Assembly (NCBI RefSeq): GCF_963921235.1
Contig: NC_086097.1
Coordinates: forward strand, 253,706,001 to 253,770,000
Reading direction: 5' to 3'
Length of the DNA: 64,000 bases
DNA from: Mobula hypostoma
Taxonomy: Eukaryota
How positions within the stretch are numbered: the first letter of the stretch is position 1; each line of letters begins with the position of its first letter. Shown here one piece after another: positions 35,501 through 47,560 of this stretch. The notes beneath the pieces were generated by a model that ran no database searches, was not told the DNA's origin, and saw only the letters and a list, made by a program, of their open reading frames with translations. The position numbers were made by a program, and so were the translations under genes.

Positions 35501-36778
35501 ATGACCAACATCATCCGTCAGTTCCACGAAGGCATGGAAGGCTGTATTAACATGTGTGGTGAGTTTTCAGATCCATTTCCCATCAGCAACAGCGTAAAAC
35601 AGGGTCGTGTTCTGGCTCCTACTCCGTTTGGACTATTCTTCGCTGCTGTTCTTCAGGATGCTACATCAGACCTGAAGTTAGGGGTCTTCCTACAAACGAG
35701 GGCTGATGGCGGGCTCCTCAACCTCGCAAGACTGAGAGCAAAAACAAAAGTCAGGGACATTGTGGTGCATGAGCTACAGTTTGCTGATGACTGTGCACTG
35801 GTTGCCCACTCTCTTGAAGACTTACAGGAGATCACCAGTCGCTTTGCCAGTGCAGCCAAAAGCTTTGGACTGACAATCAGCCTGAAAAAGACGGAAGTTT
35901 TGTACCCACCGGCTCCTGGCTCAAGCTACGAAGAACCAACTGTCCTCATTGATGACACTCGTCTCAATGCTGTCAACAAGTTTTGCTACCTGGGCAGCCT
36001 AATAACATCCTCAGCTTCTCTGGATGTAGAGATTGAGTCGAGAACCAGTAAAGCCTGCGTTGCCTTTGGTCAGCTGAAAGATCGAGTTTGGTCACAGAAC
36101 ATCAGGTTGGCCACCTAGTACAAGGTATACAGGGCCGTTGTCATATCAACCTTGTTGTACGGATGTGAGACATGGTGCCCATATCAGAGTCACTTACGCC
36201 AGCTTGACCAACTGCAGCAGTGTCACCTTCATTCTCTGACGAAGATCACCTGGTGAGACAAGGTCTTCAATACCGAGGTCCTCTCTCAAGCCGGAATGCC
36301 AGCAGTTTCAACCTTGGTGATGTCAGCCCAACTGCACTGCGCAGGACATGTTGTCAGAATGCCTGACGGAAGACTGCCCAAGGACATCTTGTACGGCCAA
36401 CTGTCCAGTGGTACCCGAAAACGAGGAGGCCAGCGACTACGGTACAAGAATTTCTGCACAGGAGCCTCATGAAAGCTGACATTGCCCCATCAACATGGGA
36501 GGCTCTGGCTCAAGATCGCTCACAGTGGAGGGACGCCATCAGGAAAGGTGTGGATGCTGCTGAGAACAAGCTGAACGAGGCAACAGAGGAAAGGCACAGG
36601 AAGTGCCACAACAGAGCTCCTGCCCCTGCTGCCCCTCCAGGCCTCACCTGCCAAGCACGTGGCAAGCAGTGCCCGTCAAGGATCGGCCTGTACAGTCACT
36701 CCAGGATACACATATCAAACCCCACTAACTGACTGAAAGGAACCATCATCTTCCTATGGGATGGATAGCCAGAGAGAG
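32573..36778 (+). mobile_element. Full-length RTE-clade LINE, disrupted
   Basis: About 1-kb 5' UTR; APE SWNIRTL, DIAAFQE, YTFFWSG, VYAPT, LGDFNAR, HPRS..WHLIDY; RT KAPGPDGI, IYKNKGD..DC.NY, FVDLTKAFD, VKQG..LAP, QFADD; C-terminal C..C.SRIGLYSH..H; (AG)n tail; host CR1 resumes at about 36779. Confidence 0.92.
33070..33375 (+). repeat. Minisatellite in the RTE 5' UTR, 51-bp unit x 6
   Basis: GCGGCGGGGGAGAGTGGTCGCACATGGATTAGAGAGCGGAGATCCGGCGAG, near-perfect copies. Confidence 0.95.
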
Positions 36779-37465
36779 GGGTCTGAGTCCATAGGACACT
36801 CAAAGCTGCTGCGCAGGTTGACTCTGTGGTTAAGAAGGCAAAAGGTGCATTGGCCTTCATCAACTGTGGGATTGAGTTCAAGAGCTGAGAGGTAACTTTA
36901 CAGCTATATAGGACCCTGATCAGACCCCACTTGGAGTACTGTGCTCAGTTCTGGTTGCCTCACTACAGGAATGATGTGAAAATTATAGAAAGGGTGCAGA
37001 GGAGATTTACAAGGATGTTGCCTGGATTGGGGAGCATGCCTTATGAGAGCAGGTTGAGTGAACTTGGCCTTTTCTCCTTGGAGTGACTGAGGATGAGAGG
37101 TGACCCGATAGAGGTGTATAAGATGATGAGAGGCATTGATCATGTGGATAGTCAGAGGCTTTTTCCCAGGGCTGAAATGGCTAACACAAGAAGGCACAGT
37201 TTTAAGATGCTTGGAATTAGGTACAGAGGGGATGTCGGGGTAAGATTTTTACACAAAGAGTGGTGAGTGCATGGAATGGGCTGCCGGTGACGGTGGTGGA
37301 GGCGGATACAATAGGGTCTTGTAAGAGACTCCTGGATAGGTACATGGAGCTCAGAAATATAGAGGACTATGGGTAACCGTAGGTAATTTCTAAAATAAGT
37401 AGATGTTCAGCACAGCATTGTGGGCCGAAGGGCCTGTATTGTGCTGTAGGTTTTCTATGTTTCTG
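36779..37465 (+). pseudogene. CR1 ORF2 C-terminus and 3' UTR (continuation)
   Basis: Closely matches 3476-4165. Confidence 0.9.
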
Positions 37466-37612
37466 ATTTCCTCACCTCAACACTGAACTGGTTACACTAC
37501 CTACGGACTCACTTTGAAGGCTCAACAAGTTATGTTGTCAGCACTTTGTTATTTGTAGTTTGCCTTTTGTATATGGTTGTTTGTCAGTCCTTGTTTATGT
37601 CTCGATTTTCAT

Positions 37613-37945
37613 CGGGCACTACGGTAGTGTAGTGGTTAGCATGACACGGTTACAACTCGGGGTGTCGGAGTTCCAATCTGGTATCACCTGTAAGGAATTT
37701 GTATGTCCTCCCTGTGAACCGTGTCGGTTTCCTCTGGGTTTTCCGGTTTCCTTCCATAGTCTGGAGACGTACCAATTAGTAGGTTAATTGGTCATTGTAA
37801 AGTGTCCCGTGATTAGAGTAGGGTTAAATTGGTGGGTAAATTGGTCATTGTAAAGTGTCCCGTGAGTAGAGTAGGGTTAAATTGGTGGGTTGCTGGGCAG
37901 CACGGCTCAGTGGGTCGGAAGGACCTGTATCTCTAAATAATAAAA
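37613..37945 (+). mobile_element. V-SINE with an internal duplication of about 55 bp
   Basis: CGGTAGTGTAGTGGTTAGC head; GGTCATTGTAAAGTGTCCCGTGA.TAGAGTAGGGTTAAATTGGTGGG occurs twice. Confidence 0.75.
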
Positions 37946-38356
37946 TGAATGCCTGCAAGGAAATGAATGTGAAGGTAGTACCGTATATGGTAACATGCTG
38001 TATATGAACTTCGATAATAAATTTACTTTGGTGGTGACTTGGTGGAACTTCCCCACAGACACTAATTGGTCCACTGTGTTCCTCCAACAGATAGTTGCAC
38101 TGTGAGAGCTTCTCTTCTCTTCGTTGTAGAGGGAGATGGTCTCTCGGTCATTAATGATGTGGCTGCTTTCTCTTCATAACACAGGTCCATGTATCGTGTA
38201 TGGCCAGGCACCACAAGGAGCCGGTGGTGTGTAGAACCTGCCTACAGTCTAAAGAAGTAAAGATGATGATGTGTTGGTGTTCCAGGGGAGGAGGAGCAGC
38301 TGGTAGAATGGTGTCAGCACAACACCTTGAGTCTCAAAATGGACAAAACTAAAGCG

Positions 38357-38485
38357 ATCACAAACAGGAGAAAATCTGCAGATGCTGGAAATCCGAGCTG
38401 GAGGAACTCACCAGGTCAGGCAGCGTCCATAGAAAAAGGTAGAGCTGACGATTTGGGCCGAGACCCTTCGGCAGGACTGAAGAGA
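38357..38485 (-). mobile_element. PLE-derived short repeat with decayed hammerhead
   Basis: TCTGCAGATGCTGGAAAT...GGGCCGAGACCCTTCGGCAGGACTG, homologous to the pseudo-LTR end. Confidence 0.7.
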
Positions 38486-39599
38486 AGATTACAGACTTTA
38501 GCAAGGTGCAAGCTGACCGCTCAGCTCCTCACTGCTCGTGAATGGCTCTTCCGTGGAGAGAATTAGGAGCACCGAGTCTCTCGGAGTGCGCCTCATGGTC
38601 AGTCTCACCTGGTCCCTCGGTAGTTAAAGGTATCCATTTTCTGAGGAGATCGAGGCAAGAGAAGCCCCCCCCCCACCCATTCTAACTAATTTTTACAGGA
38701 GCACCACTGAGCGTTCTGACCAGCTGCATCTCCATCTGCTACGGGAATTGCAAGGCATCAAACCACAAATCCCGACAAAGATTGGGAGGGTTGCTGAGAG
38801 GATCGTCGGGGTTTCTCTTCCTCCCATGTGCATTTTCCAAGATACATACCAGGATCCCTGTGTACACAGGTCCCTTATCATTATCAATGATCCTGCCCAT
38901 CATCCAACAATCTCCCTGCCATCAGTTGGAGGTACCGAGGCTTAGATGAAACAGCTCCATCCCCCAGGCCGTGAAACCACTGAACTCCCTGACACCACCC
39001 AGGTCTCATCACATATGAAGTTTCAACAGCATCATACTGTTTACTTTTCAGCTCAGGTCATAACTGCAGCATATTTTGTATTATGTGTGTGTTAGGTACT
39101 GTGTTGTGCACGTTGGTCTTTGCTTTGCTTGGTGGTGTACATGTGTATGGTTGAAATCACAATAAACCTGATGAGGGATGGGCTGATATCCGACGTGGCA
39201 GCGTACATTGAATGAGATGATGGCTGACCTGATTGTGACCTCACTCCACGTCTCAGTTTATCTATGGTAACCTTTCATTGCTCATGGGATACTGATCTAC
39301 CTCTGCATGAAAACTCTGCAAAAAATCTGCTTCTGAGGAAGAGAGGTCCAAAAACTCAAAATCTGAGAGACAAGATTTCACCTTTGCTCTGTCTTTAGTG
39401 AAATATGTTGTTTTGCACCAGTGACCAGCACAGTTTGAAGAGGTGCCAGGGAAGCCCACTGGTGTCGCCACGCTTCTGACGCCAATCTAGCAATGGCCTG
39501 AATGCCAATATGTACGTTCTGAATGTTGTGTAATTCTACATAATAGCTCCACGGTTGAAACTGATGTGGTTGGTTTTAAATCTTCATTTCACAGAAGGC

Positions 39600-39878
39600 T
39601 CAGTTTGAAGTTCAAAGGAGGCATATATTAAAAGTGTAGTTTAGATTGTAGTGACCACTGTCCTTATCTGCTGACTTAGTGTAATTAGAGATTCCTGTCA
39701 TATCATCAGTTGATGCTGATTGCTATATTGGACAAATTCCCAAAACAGAATCACCTTGCTTTTTTTTTGTATCAACTGGAGCAGGTAGCCAAGCAAATGA
39801 CATCTCAGAGATACAGCTACATCCTTACTGTTCAGATTTTCCAGTCCCTTCCTTTCCAGTAACCGACTAAAGTTAAGG
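39600..39878. repeat. Unclassified dispersed repeat, copy 2
   Basis: Homologous to 7143-7413. Confidence 0.8.
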
Positions 39879-39879
39879 G

Positions 39880-41027
39880 ATTTGGATACTGTTCATGGGG
39901 ACGACCTAACAGGGACAAGTTGCAGTGGTCGTGTCTCTGGCACCGAGACTGGACCCTCAGCTCAGAGGGGAAGGAGGGAAAAGAGGAGAGCAGTAGTGAT
40001 AGGGGACTTGATAGTCAGGGGGACAGATAGGAGGTTCTGTGGAAGAGATCGAGAATTCTGGATGATCTGTTGTCTCCCTGGTGCCAGGGTCTGTGATATC
40101 TCGGATTGAGTTCTCGGTATTCTCAAGAGGGAGGGAGAGAAGCCAGATATCTTGGTCCATGTAGGGACCAATGATGTGGGTAGGAAGAGTGAGGAGGTCC
40201 TGGAAGGTGAGTTTAGGAAGTTAGGCACCAAGTTAAAGGACAAGACCTCCAGGATAGCAATCTCAGTATTGCTACCAGTGCCACGTGCAGGCGGGTTTAG
40301 AAATAGTAAGATAGCACAGATCAACACATGGCTGAAGACATGGTGCAGGAGGGAGGGCTTCAGATTTATAGATAATTGGGCAGTTTTCCAGGGAAGGTGG
40401 GACCTGTTCCGGTGGGATGGTTTACATCTGAACTGGAGGGGGACAAATATTCTTGCAGGTAGGTTTGCTAGAGAGGCTCCAGTGGATTTAAACTAGATAC
40501 AAGGGGGGAGGGGAACCAGAGTGTAGGAACATATGTAGGGAAGAAGGAAGATAAAGAAAATTGTAAAGTTGTTTGCACCGTTAGTGATGAACAGAGAGTA
40601 AGAAGTGGAAAATTTCTTAAATGCATTTATTTTAATGCTGGGAGCATTGTAAGAAAGGTGGATGAGCTTAGAGCATGGATTGATACCTGGAAATGTGATG
40701 TTGTAGCTATGAGTGAAACATGGTTGCAGGAGGGGTGTGATTGACAACTGAATATTCCTGGATTTTGTTGCTTCAGGTGTGATAGAATAGGAGGGGCAAG
40801 AGGGGGAGGTGTTGCATTGCTTGTCAGAGAATATATTACAGCCGTGCTTTGGCAAGATAGATTGGAGGACTCGTCTAGGGAGACTATTTGGGTGGAATTG
40901 AGGAATGGGAAAGGTGTAGTAACACTTATAGGTGTGTATTATAGACCATCTAATGGGGAGCGAGAATTGGAAGAGCAAATTTGGAGGAGATAGCAGATAT
41001 TTATAGTAAGCACAAGGTTGTGATTGG
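39880..41027 (+). mobile_element. CR1 internal fragment (ORF1 esterase to ORF2 APE start)
   Basis: VIGDLIVRG, HVGTND and DGLHLN, followed by APE-region DNA similar to the reverse of 759-947. Confidence 0.88.
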
Positions 41028-41781
41028 CCACAAAGCCCAAGAGTGTATCGAAGCAGCAGGCCCTGGGTCTGAGAGCAAAGAATAGCATGAGGTTTAGACC
41101 ATTTAAGTGTTGGGCCAGACTGGGTGTCAGAACTGGAGGAGGGGGACGGGACGGTTCAGATTGCTGCTCCTCTGCACTGAACTGAGGCTGTGGCCTGCAG
41201 CTAGTGGGCATCTGAACGCTATTTGCTTCCTTTTATTGTCTGCACGATTTGTTCTTTCTACTCTGCACATTGGGTGTTCAACAGTCTTGTTTTAATGGGT
41301 TCTATTGTGTTTCTTTGTTTTGTGGCTGCCTGTAAGGAAACAAATCTCGAGGTTGTATAAAGTATACATACGTAAATCAATGTACTTTGAACTTTGAACA
41401 TGTCACCAAAGTCTCTCATGAATTTCTATCGATGTACCATGGAGGACATTCGAATTGGTTGGATCACTGTCTGGCGGGGTGGTGCACTGCACGGGATCGG
41501 AAGAAGCTGCAGAAAGTTGTGAACTCAGCCAGCGCCAGCCTTGCCAGCATCGAGGACATCTTCAAAAGGTGAAGCCTCAGAGTGGTGGCTTCCATCGTTA
41601 GGGTCCCCCATCACCCAGGACATGCCCTCTTCTCATTGCAACCATCAAGGAGGAGGTATGGAAGCCTGAAGGCACATGCAGAATGTTTCAGGAACTGTGT
41701 CTTTCTCTCTCTGACTGGTCAATGAACCCATGAACGGTACCTCACTATTGGCTTTTCTTTTTTGGAACTACTTAATATATC

Positions 41782-42045
41782 AGTCCTCGAAGAGGACCAC
41801 AACCTTGACGTGGTTTGGAGGCTTGTGTGCATCAATGACCCAGGGAGCAATGTTGGCTGGAGTCAGGGCTTTATGTGTTGGCTCTTGGAAGGGTCGCCCG
41901 TGCCAAATAGGTCAAAGGGTAGAGGCCAGACTAGGAGCGGTCCACCACTCCTCCAGGTTTGGTGGGGTACGGCTCAGGGCTAACAACCCTGACCAGTCAA
42001 AAAAAAATTGTTATGGAAACAACAAGGAAGTGTCCTTCTATATCT
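41782..42045 (+). mobile_element. RTE-5'UTR-like short element
   Basis: ACCACAACCTTGACGTGGTTTGGAGGCTTGTGTGCATCAATGACCC...GGGCTAACAACCCTGACC resembles RTE 5' ends. Confidence 0.5.
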
Positions 42046-42048
42046 GAG

Positions 42049-42605
42049 TGTAATGGTATTCCTCAGTCTCCTGCTAATGTAATGGTCTTTCTGTAGAAGC
42101 AGTGTTTGGGTTATGGTTAGAGATAACGGGTGCATTGGAATGTGAGCCATCCACTGAAAGGAGTGTGTTTCGTGCTGTGTGCCTGACACCAGGGTGAGCT
42201 GGGTCATTGTTTGGTGGGAGACGGAGGGAGAAGATGCTAGAGAAGAGAGGTTGTAGGAATGGACTTGGAGCAGGGCCGGGAGTTGTCGAAGCCTGGGGAA
42301 ATTGATGGAGGATTGGCGAAAGGGAAACCGTGAGCTCCAACTTGTGCACATTACTCTGTTTCATTAAAATGGGCCCTTTACTTTTTGCTTTTTCTTTACT
42401 AATCCTTTAGTCAAATTAAGAATGATAAAGCTAAATCATTTAATTGTGTACCGTGTACTGTCTGTTATTTCGTGGTACGGATTTGTAACAGGGGAACAAA
42501 TCACGCAGCATCCACACGTTTCTGATGAGCTTACATCTCAACCTCACATGTTTGATGGGGCCAGAGACAGTCTTCCCTGGACTTCCCTAGAACCTGAGGG
42601 TTACA
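42049..42605 (+). mobile_element. Diverged solo LTR, same family as 16417-16946
   Basis: TGTAAT...GGTTACA ends; shared GTTTGGGTTATG..TAGAGATAACGGG and GATTTGTAACAGGGGA; no clear TSD. Confidence 0.65.
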
Positions 42606-42609
42606 TATA

Positions 42610-43090
42610 TATATATAATAGTTAAATTAAATAAGTAGAGCAAAAATAAAAATAAAAAGGTAGTGAGACAGTGTTCAAGGGTTCAATGTCCATTCAGAAT
42701 GATGGATGGCAGAGGGGAAGAAGCTGGTCCTGAATCGCTGAGTGTGTGTCTTCAGGCTTCTGTATCTCCTTCCTGATGGTAGCAATGAGAAGGGGGCATG
42801 TCCTGGGTGATGGGGGTCCTTAGTGATGGATGCTGTCTTTTTGAGGCATCACTCCTTAAAGATGTCCTGGATGCTGGAGAGGCAACTGCCCATGATGAAG
42901 TTGGCTGAGTTTACAGTCCTCTGCAGCTTACTCCAATCCTGTGCAGTAGCCCCACCCCATACGAGATGGTGATGCAACCAGTTAGAATTATCTCCAGTCC
43001 AAGTGTTTTTGGTGGCATATCAAATTTCCTCAAACTCCTAGTGAAAATGTATAAAAACAACAAATTTCATGACATATGCCAATGCAATTA
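42610..43090 (-). mobile_element. Rex/Babar-type LINE 3' fragment
   Basis: Reverse of the 12050-12400 region. Confidence 0.7.
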
Positions 43091-43129
43091 AACCTGATTT
43101 TGGATCTGATTTTATGGTTTCGACATTCA

Positions 43130-43425
43130 CCAAACGCACTTCTCAGCAGCCTATCACCTCCCCCTGTGTTCCTCCTTCCCTTTCTCCTATGGTCCACTCT
43201 CCTCTCCTATCCGATTCCTTCCTCTCAGCCCTTTACCTTTCCCACTCACCTGACTTCTCCTATCACCTTCTAGTTTTCCTCCTTCCCCTCCACCCACTTT
43301 TTATTCTGGCTTCTATCCCCTTCCTTTACAGTCCTGAAGAAGGACTGCCCGAAATGTCAACTGTTTATTCCTCTCCATAGATGCTGTCTGACCTGTTAAG
43401 TTCCTCCAGCAGTTTGTGTGCATTG
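43130..43425 (+). mobile_element. Old PLE-derived 3' end with a near-intact hammerhead (43329-43363)
   Basis: CAGTC CTGAAGA AGGACTGCCC GAAA TG TC AACTG following a C/T-rich tract. Confidence 0.7.
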
Positions 43426-43894
43426 CAATAAATAAAGGAATTTTCTTTCAGCAGAGCCTTCTCCCAGTTAATGAGCTCACATGTTTGTCTTGTGCTTCCA
43501 ACAAAGTTATTAGCATTCAAGGGCATGCTCTGCCCCATATACCAACTATTCTTTTAACAGTTCAGAAATTCCCATTCAGTTTGCAACAGAATCTGGATTC
43601 CAGGAAATGGCCATGCATCATGCAGACAGATTTATTAAGAATTGCTGTGTCGTTCCCTGTGAAAGTGTCCTGCTAGGTGCCAAGCAAAAGACAGGTAAAG
43701 TGAAAGTTATATCCACTGAGGATTGTATCGAGACTGTGCAAACTTAATTTTTTTATGTTGGAGGCAACAGAGGAGCGTTCATCCCCTTTATCTTAAACAG
43801 ATGAAACCGAGAACTTGGGGTTGTTCAGAGAGAATGTGTGTTTATATATCTAGGTATCTAAGGAAACTTCACGTTTCCCTTTCGGGCAAAGGAA

Positions 43895-44590
43895 AATGAT
43901 CTGATAGAGGTGTACAAGATGATAAGAGGCAAAGATCGAGTGGACAGACAGAGACTTTTTTCCACAGTGGAAATGGTTAATACAAGGGGGCGTAATTTTA
44001 AGATGATTGGAGGAAAGTATAGAGGGGATGTCAGAGGTAGGTTTTTTCACACACAGAGTGATGGGTGCGTGGGATATCCTGCCAGGGCTGTTGGTAGAGC
44101 CAGGTAGGTTAGGGACATTTCAGAAACTCTTAGACAGACACAAGGATTTTAGAAAAGTGGAGGGCTATGTGGGAGGGAAGGTACCTTCATATGCCATTAG
44201 GAAGAAGGTACAGAAACCTCAGGACTTGCAACACCAGGTTCAGGAACAGTTATTACCACTCAACTATCAGGCTCCTGAACCAGAGGGGATAAACACTCAA
44301 CTTCACTTGCCCCATCACTGAAATGTTCCCACAACTTATGGACCCACTTTTAAGGACTTTTCATCTCATGTTCTCAATACTAATTGCTTATTTATTTATT
44401 CTTATTATTTGTCTTTTTAAGTATTTGCACAGTTTGTTGTCTTCTGCACTCTGGTTGAATGACCAAGTTGGCACGGTCTTTCATTGATTCTGATATGGTT
44501 ATTGTTCTATTTTTGATTTACTGAGTATGCCCACAAGAAAATGAATCTCATGGTGGTAGACGCTGACACATATGTAGTTTAATAATAAAC
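43895..44590 (+). mobile_element. CR1 3' fragment followed by a Rex/Babar-type 3' UTR
   Basis: YKMIRG.DRVD.QRLF (43910-44107), then CACCAGGTTCAGGAACAGTTATTAC...GATAATAAA-like end. Confidence 0.75.
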
Positions 44591-45332
44591 TTATTCTTTA
44601 AACCTACTCTAAGACAAATGAAAAGTTTAAAGGTCGTCACGACGCGGGGGGCTGAAGGGCCTGTACTGTGTTGTTCATGTGTTAGGTGTGTTCTATGTTC
44701 TATTTAGTGCTTCATCCACAGTTGGTAGCAGAATCTTTTATAGGTACTGGGGTTCTCCTGAAATGTTATCATTTGGAAAAGTGGTAGCTACGAGCTAAAA
44801 AAAAAATCAGTAATGATGCAAGTAATCAGGAATTCTGGTTAAATGATAGAAAATGAGGAGTAAAGACTGAAAAAATCTCTTTCCCAATGCATTACAGAAT
44901 GTATCAGGCACCTTCACAGACATCCGAGATGAAAGGAAGATTTTCATTTTTCAGCTCCTCCCACAGGACATCTGTCTTTATGTCGGACATCAAGTTCAAG
45001 TTTAATTGTCATTCAACCACACACATGTATTTCCAGCTAAACAAAACAGTGCTCCTCCTGGCCAAGGTCCAAAACACAGCACAGACCATCACACACAGCT
45101 GATGCAGCACGCACAGTCACAAAACCATATCAGCTCAGGTCCCTGAGTGACATGGCCTGGAGACTGGTGGTGCACAGGATGTCGTCTTGGGAGGCACGTT
45201 TCTGCAAGGACACGTATGCATCTGCTCCTGGTTCAGCAGAGAAATGCAAAACAGCTTGTCCAACACTGGGTCAGCTGCAGGCAATCCAACCTTTTCTCCA
45301 CAGAGTAAACACTGGAGAGCAGCACCATCGGT

Positions 45333-45473
45333 CTAGTATCTCGTGTTTAGTGTCTAGTATCTAGTGTCTGGTGTCTGGTGTCTAGTGTCTAGTGTGGAGT
45401 GTCTTGTGTCTAGTGTCTAGTGTCGAGGGTCTAGGGTCTAGTGTCGAGGGTATAGTGTCTAGTGTCTAGTGTC
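45333..45473. repeat. (TAGTGTC)n heptamer microsatellite
   Basis: About 20 degenerate 7-bp units are directly visible. Confidence 0.9.
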
Positions 45474-45674
45474 GGGAGGGGCCAGCCCTCAACCCAGCAG
45501 GATATTTCCAGCCTCCCACACCACCTCCTCCCCTGAGTGACTGTAACAGGCGACGCGGAACAACAGAGACATGCAGCAAACAACAGGAATTCTGCAGATG
45601 CTGGAAATTCAAGCAACACACATCAAAGTTGCTGGTGAACGCAGCAGGCCAGGCAGCATCTCTAGGAAGAGGTA

Positions 45675-45712
45675 CAGTCGACGTTTCAGCCCGAGACCCT
45701 TCGTCAGGACTA
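45675..45712 (-). ncRNA. Minimal hammerhead ribozyme motif (one stem II change)
   Basis: UAGUC CUGACGA AGGGUCUCGGGCU GAAA CG UC GACUG. Confidence 0.75.
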
Positions 45713-45988
45713 ACTGAAGGAAGAGTGAGTAAGGGATTTGAAAGCTGGAGGGGGAGGGAGAGATCCAAAATGATAGGAGAAGACAGGAGGGGGAGGGATA
45801 GAGCCAAGAGCTGGACAGGTGATAGGCAAAAGGGGATACGAGAGGATCATGGGACAGGAGGTCCGGGAAGAAAGACAAGGAGGGGGGTACCCAGAGGATG
45901 GGCAAGGGGTATATTCAGAGGGACAGAGGGAGAAAAAGGAGAGTGAGAGAAAGAATGTGTGCATAAAAATGAGTAACAGATGGGGTAC

Positions 45989-46502
45989 GCCCTCCCCCCC
46001 TCTCTCTGCATTCCGCAGGGATCGCTCCCCACACAACTCCCTTGTCCATTCATCCCCCCCATCCCTCCCCACTGATCTCCCTCCTGGCACTTATCCGTGT
46101 AAGCGGAACAAGTGCTACACATGCCCTTACACTTCCTCCCTTACCACCATTCAGGGCCCCAAACAGTCCTTCCAGGTGTGGCAACACTTCACCTGTGAGT
46201 CGACTGGGGTGATATACTGCGTCCGGTGCTCCCGATGTGGCCTTTTATATATTGGCGAGACCCGACGCAGACTGGGAGACCGCTTTGCTGAACATCTACG
46301 CTCTGTCCGCCAGAGAAAGCAGGATCTCCCAGTGGCCACACATTTTAATTCCACATCCCATTCCCATTCTGACATGTCTATCCACGGCCTCCTCTACTGT
46401 AAAGATGAAGCCACACTCAGGTTGGAGGAACAACACCTTATATTCCGTATGGGTAGCCTCCAACCTGATGGCATGAACATTGACTTCTCTAACTTCCGCT
46501 AG
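45989..46502 (+). pseudogene. PLE Cys-linker + GIY-YIG endonuclease coding fragment
   Basis: Almost identical to the last about 170 aa of the 28614-31664 ORF. Confidence 0.92.
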
Positions 46503-46794
46503 GCCCCACCTCCCCCTCGTACCCCATCTGTTACTCTTTTTTATGCACACATTCTTTTTCTCACTCTCCTTTTTCTCCCTCTGTCCCTCTGAATATACCT
46601 CTTGCCCATCCTCTGGGTCCCCCCCCCACTTGTCTTTCTTCCCGGACCTCCTGTCCCATGATCCTCTCGTATCCCTTTTGCCTATCACCTGTCCAGCTCT
46701 CGGCTCTATCCCTCCCCCTCCTGTCTTCTCCTATCATTTTGCATCTCCCCCTCCCCCTCCAACTTTCAAATCCCTTACTCACTCTTCCTTCAGT

Positions 46795-46832
46795 TAGTCC
46801 TGACGAAGGGTCTCAGCCTGAAACGTCGACTG
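46795..46832 (+). ncRNA. Minimal hammerhead ribozyme motif
   Basis: UAGUC CUGACGA AGGGUCUCAGCCU GAAA CG UC GACUG. Confidence 0.8.
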
Positions 46833-47274
46833 CACCTCTTCCTACAGATGCTGCTTGGCCTGCTGCGTTCACCAGCAACTTTGATGTGTGTTGCAGAGAC
46901 ATGCAGCTCCCCCTCCGTCGTTCTCACCAATGAACCGATGAAATGGACTTGCAATATTTAATATTACTAATACCCAATAAAGGAAAGGAAAGGTACATCG
47001 CATCCGGAGTTTCTCCAGTTAGTGGACGATTTCCCTCCATGCCTCTCTGACGTAGTGGGGAATCACGTACGAGGCAAGTTACAGCAGTGGTTTGCCTTTG
47101 CCTTCTGCCGGATGAGTTTCCAAAGAGATCACCAGCTTGTAACCCAGCACGGATGGAAAGCCCAACAGGGTTGTGTAATTACAAGAAAGAGACAGATTTG
47201 CACCATTTATTGGAACGGGAGAGATAGTGTAAATAAACACTTCACCATCTGATTAGAAAAGTGTTATTGGGTTG

Positions 47275-47560
47275 TTGGTGTCATGATAGCACAGCACGAC
47301 CCTATTACATTCAGGACGTTGGAACTCAGAGACCATGTCCGACGTCATCTGTAAGGAGTCTGTCTGTCTTCCCTGTGGAATCTATTTATTTTTTCCGGGT
47401 GCTCTGGCTCCTACCTACAATCCAAAGACATACCAGTTAGTAGGTTAACGAGTCGTTGTACATTGTCCTGTGATTTGGCTCGGGTTAAATCGGGATGGAT
47501 AGGCCTGTTTTGTGCTCTATCTCTAAATAAGTAAAGAAAAACATACATAAATAAATAAAT
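47275..47560 (+). mobile_element. Degraded V-SINE
   Basis: TCCGGGTGCTCTGGCTCCTACCTACAATCCAAAGAC V-domain; (TAAA)n tail. Confidence 0.6.

Larger units (their letters stand above)
24605..37465 (+). mobile_element. Near full-length CR1 LINE (5' UTR, ORF1, ORF2, 3' UTR) carrying three nested insertions
   Basis: ORF1 and ORF2 pieces are collinear across the insertions; flanks (24540-24600 and 37466 onward) are two halves of one Rex/Babar-type 3' UTR. Confidence 0.88.
45578..46893. mobile_element. Truncated PLE insertion with inverted pseudo-LTRs and 14-bp TSD
   Basis: CAGAGACATGCAGC at 45564-45577 and 46894-46907; minus-strand pseudo-LTR 45578-45988 fused to plus-strand GIY-YIG coding segment and pseudo-LTR 45989-46893. 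Confidence 0.92.
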
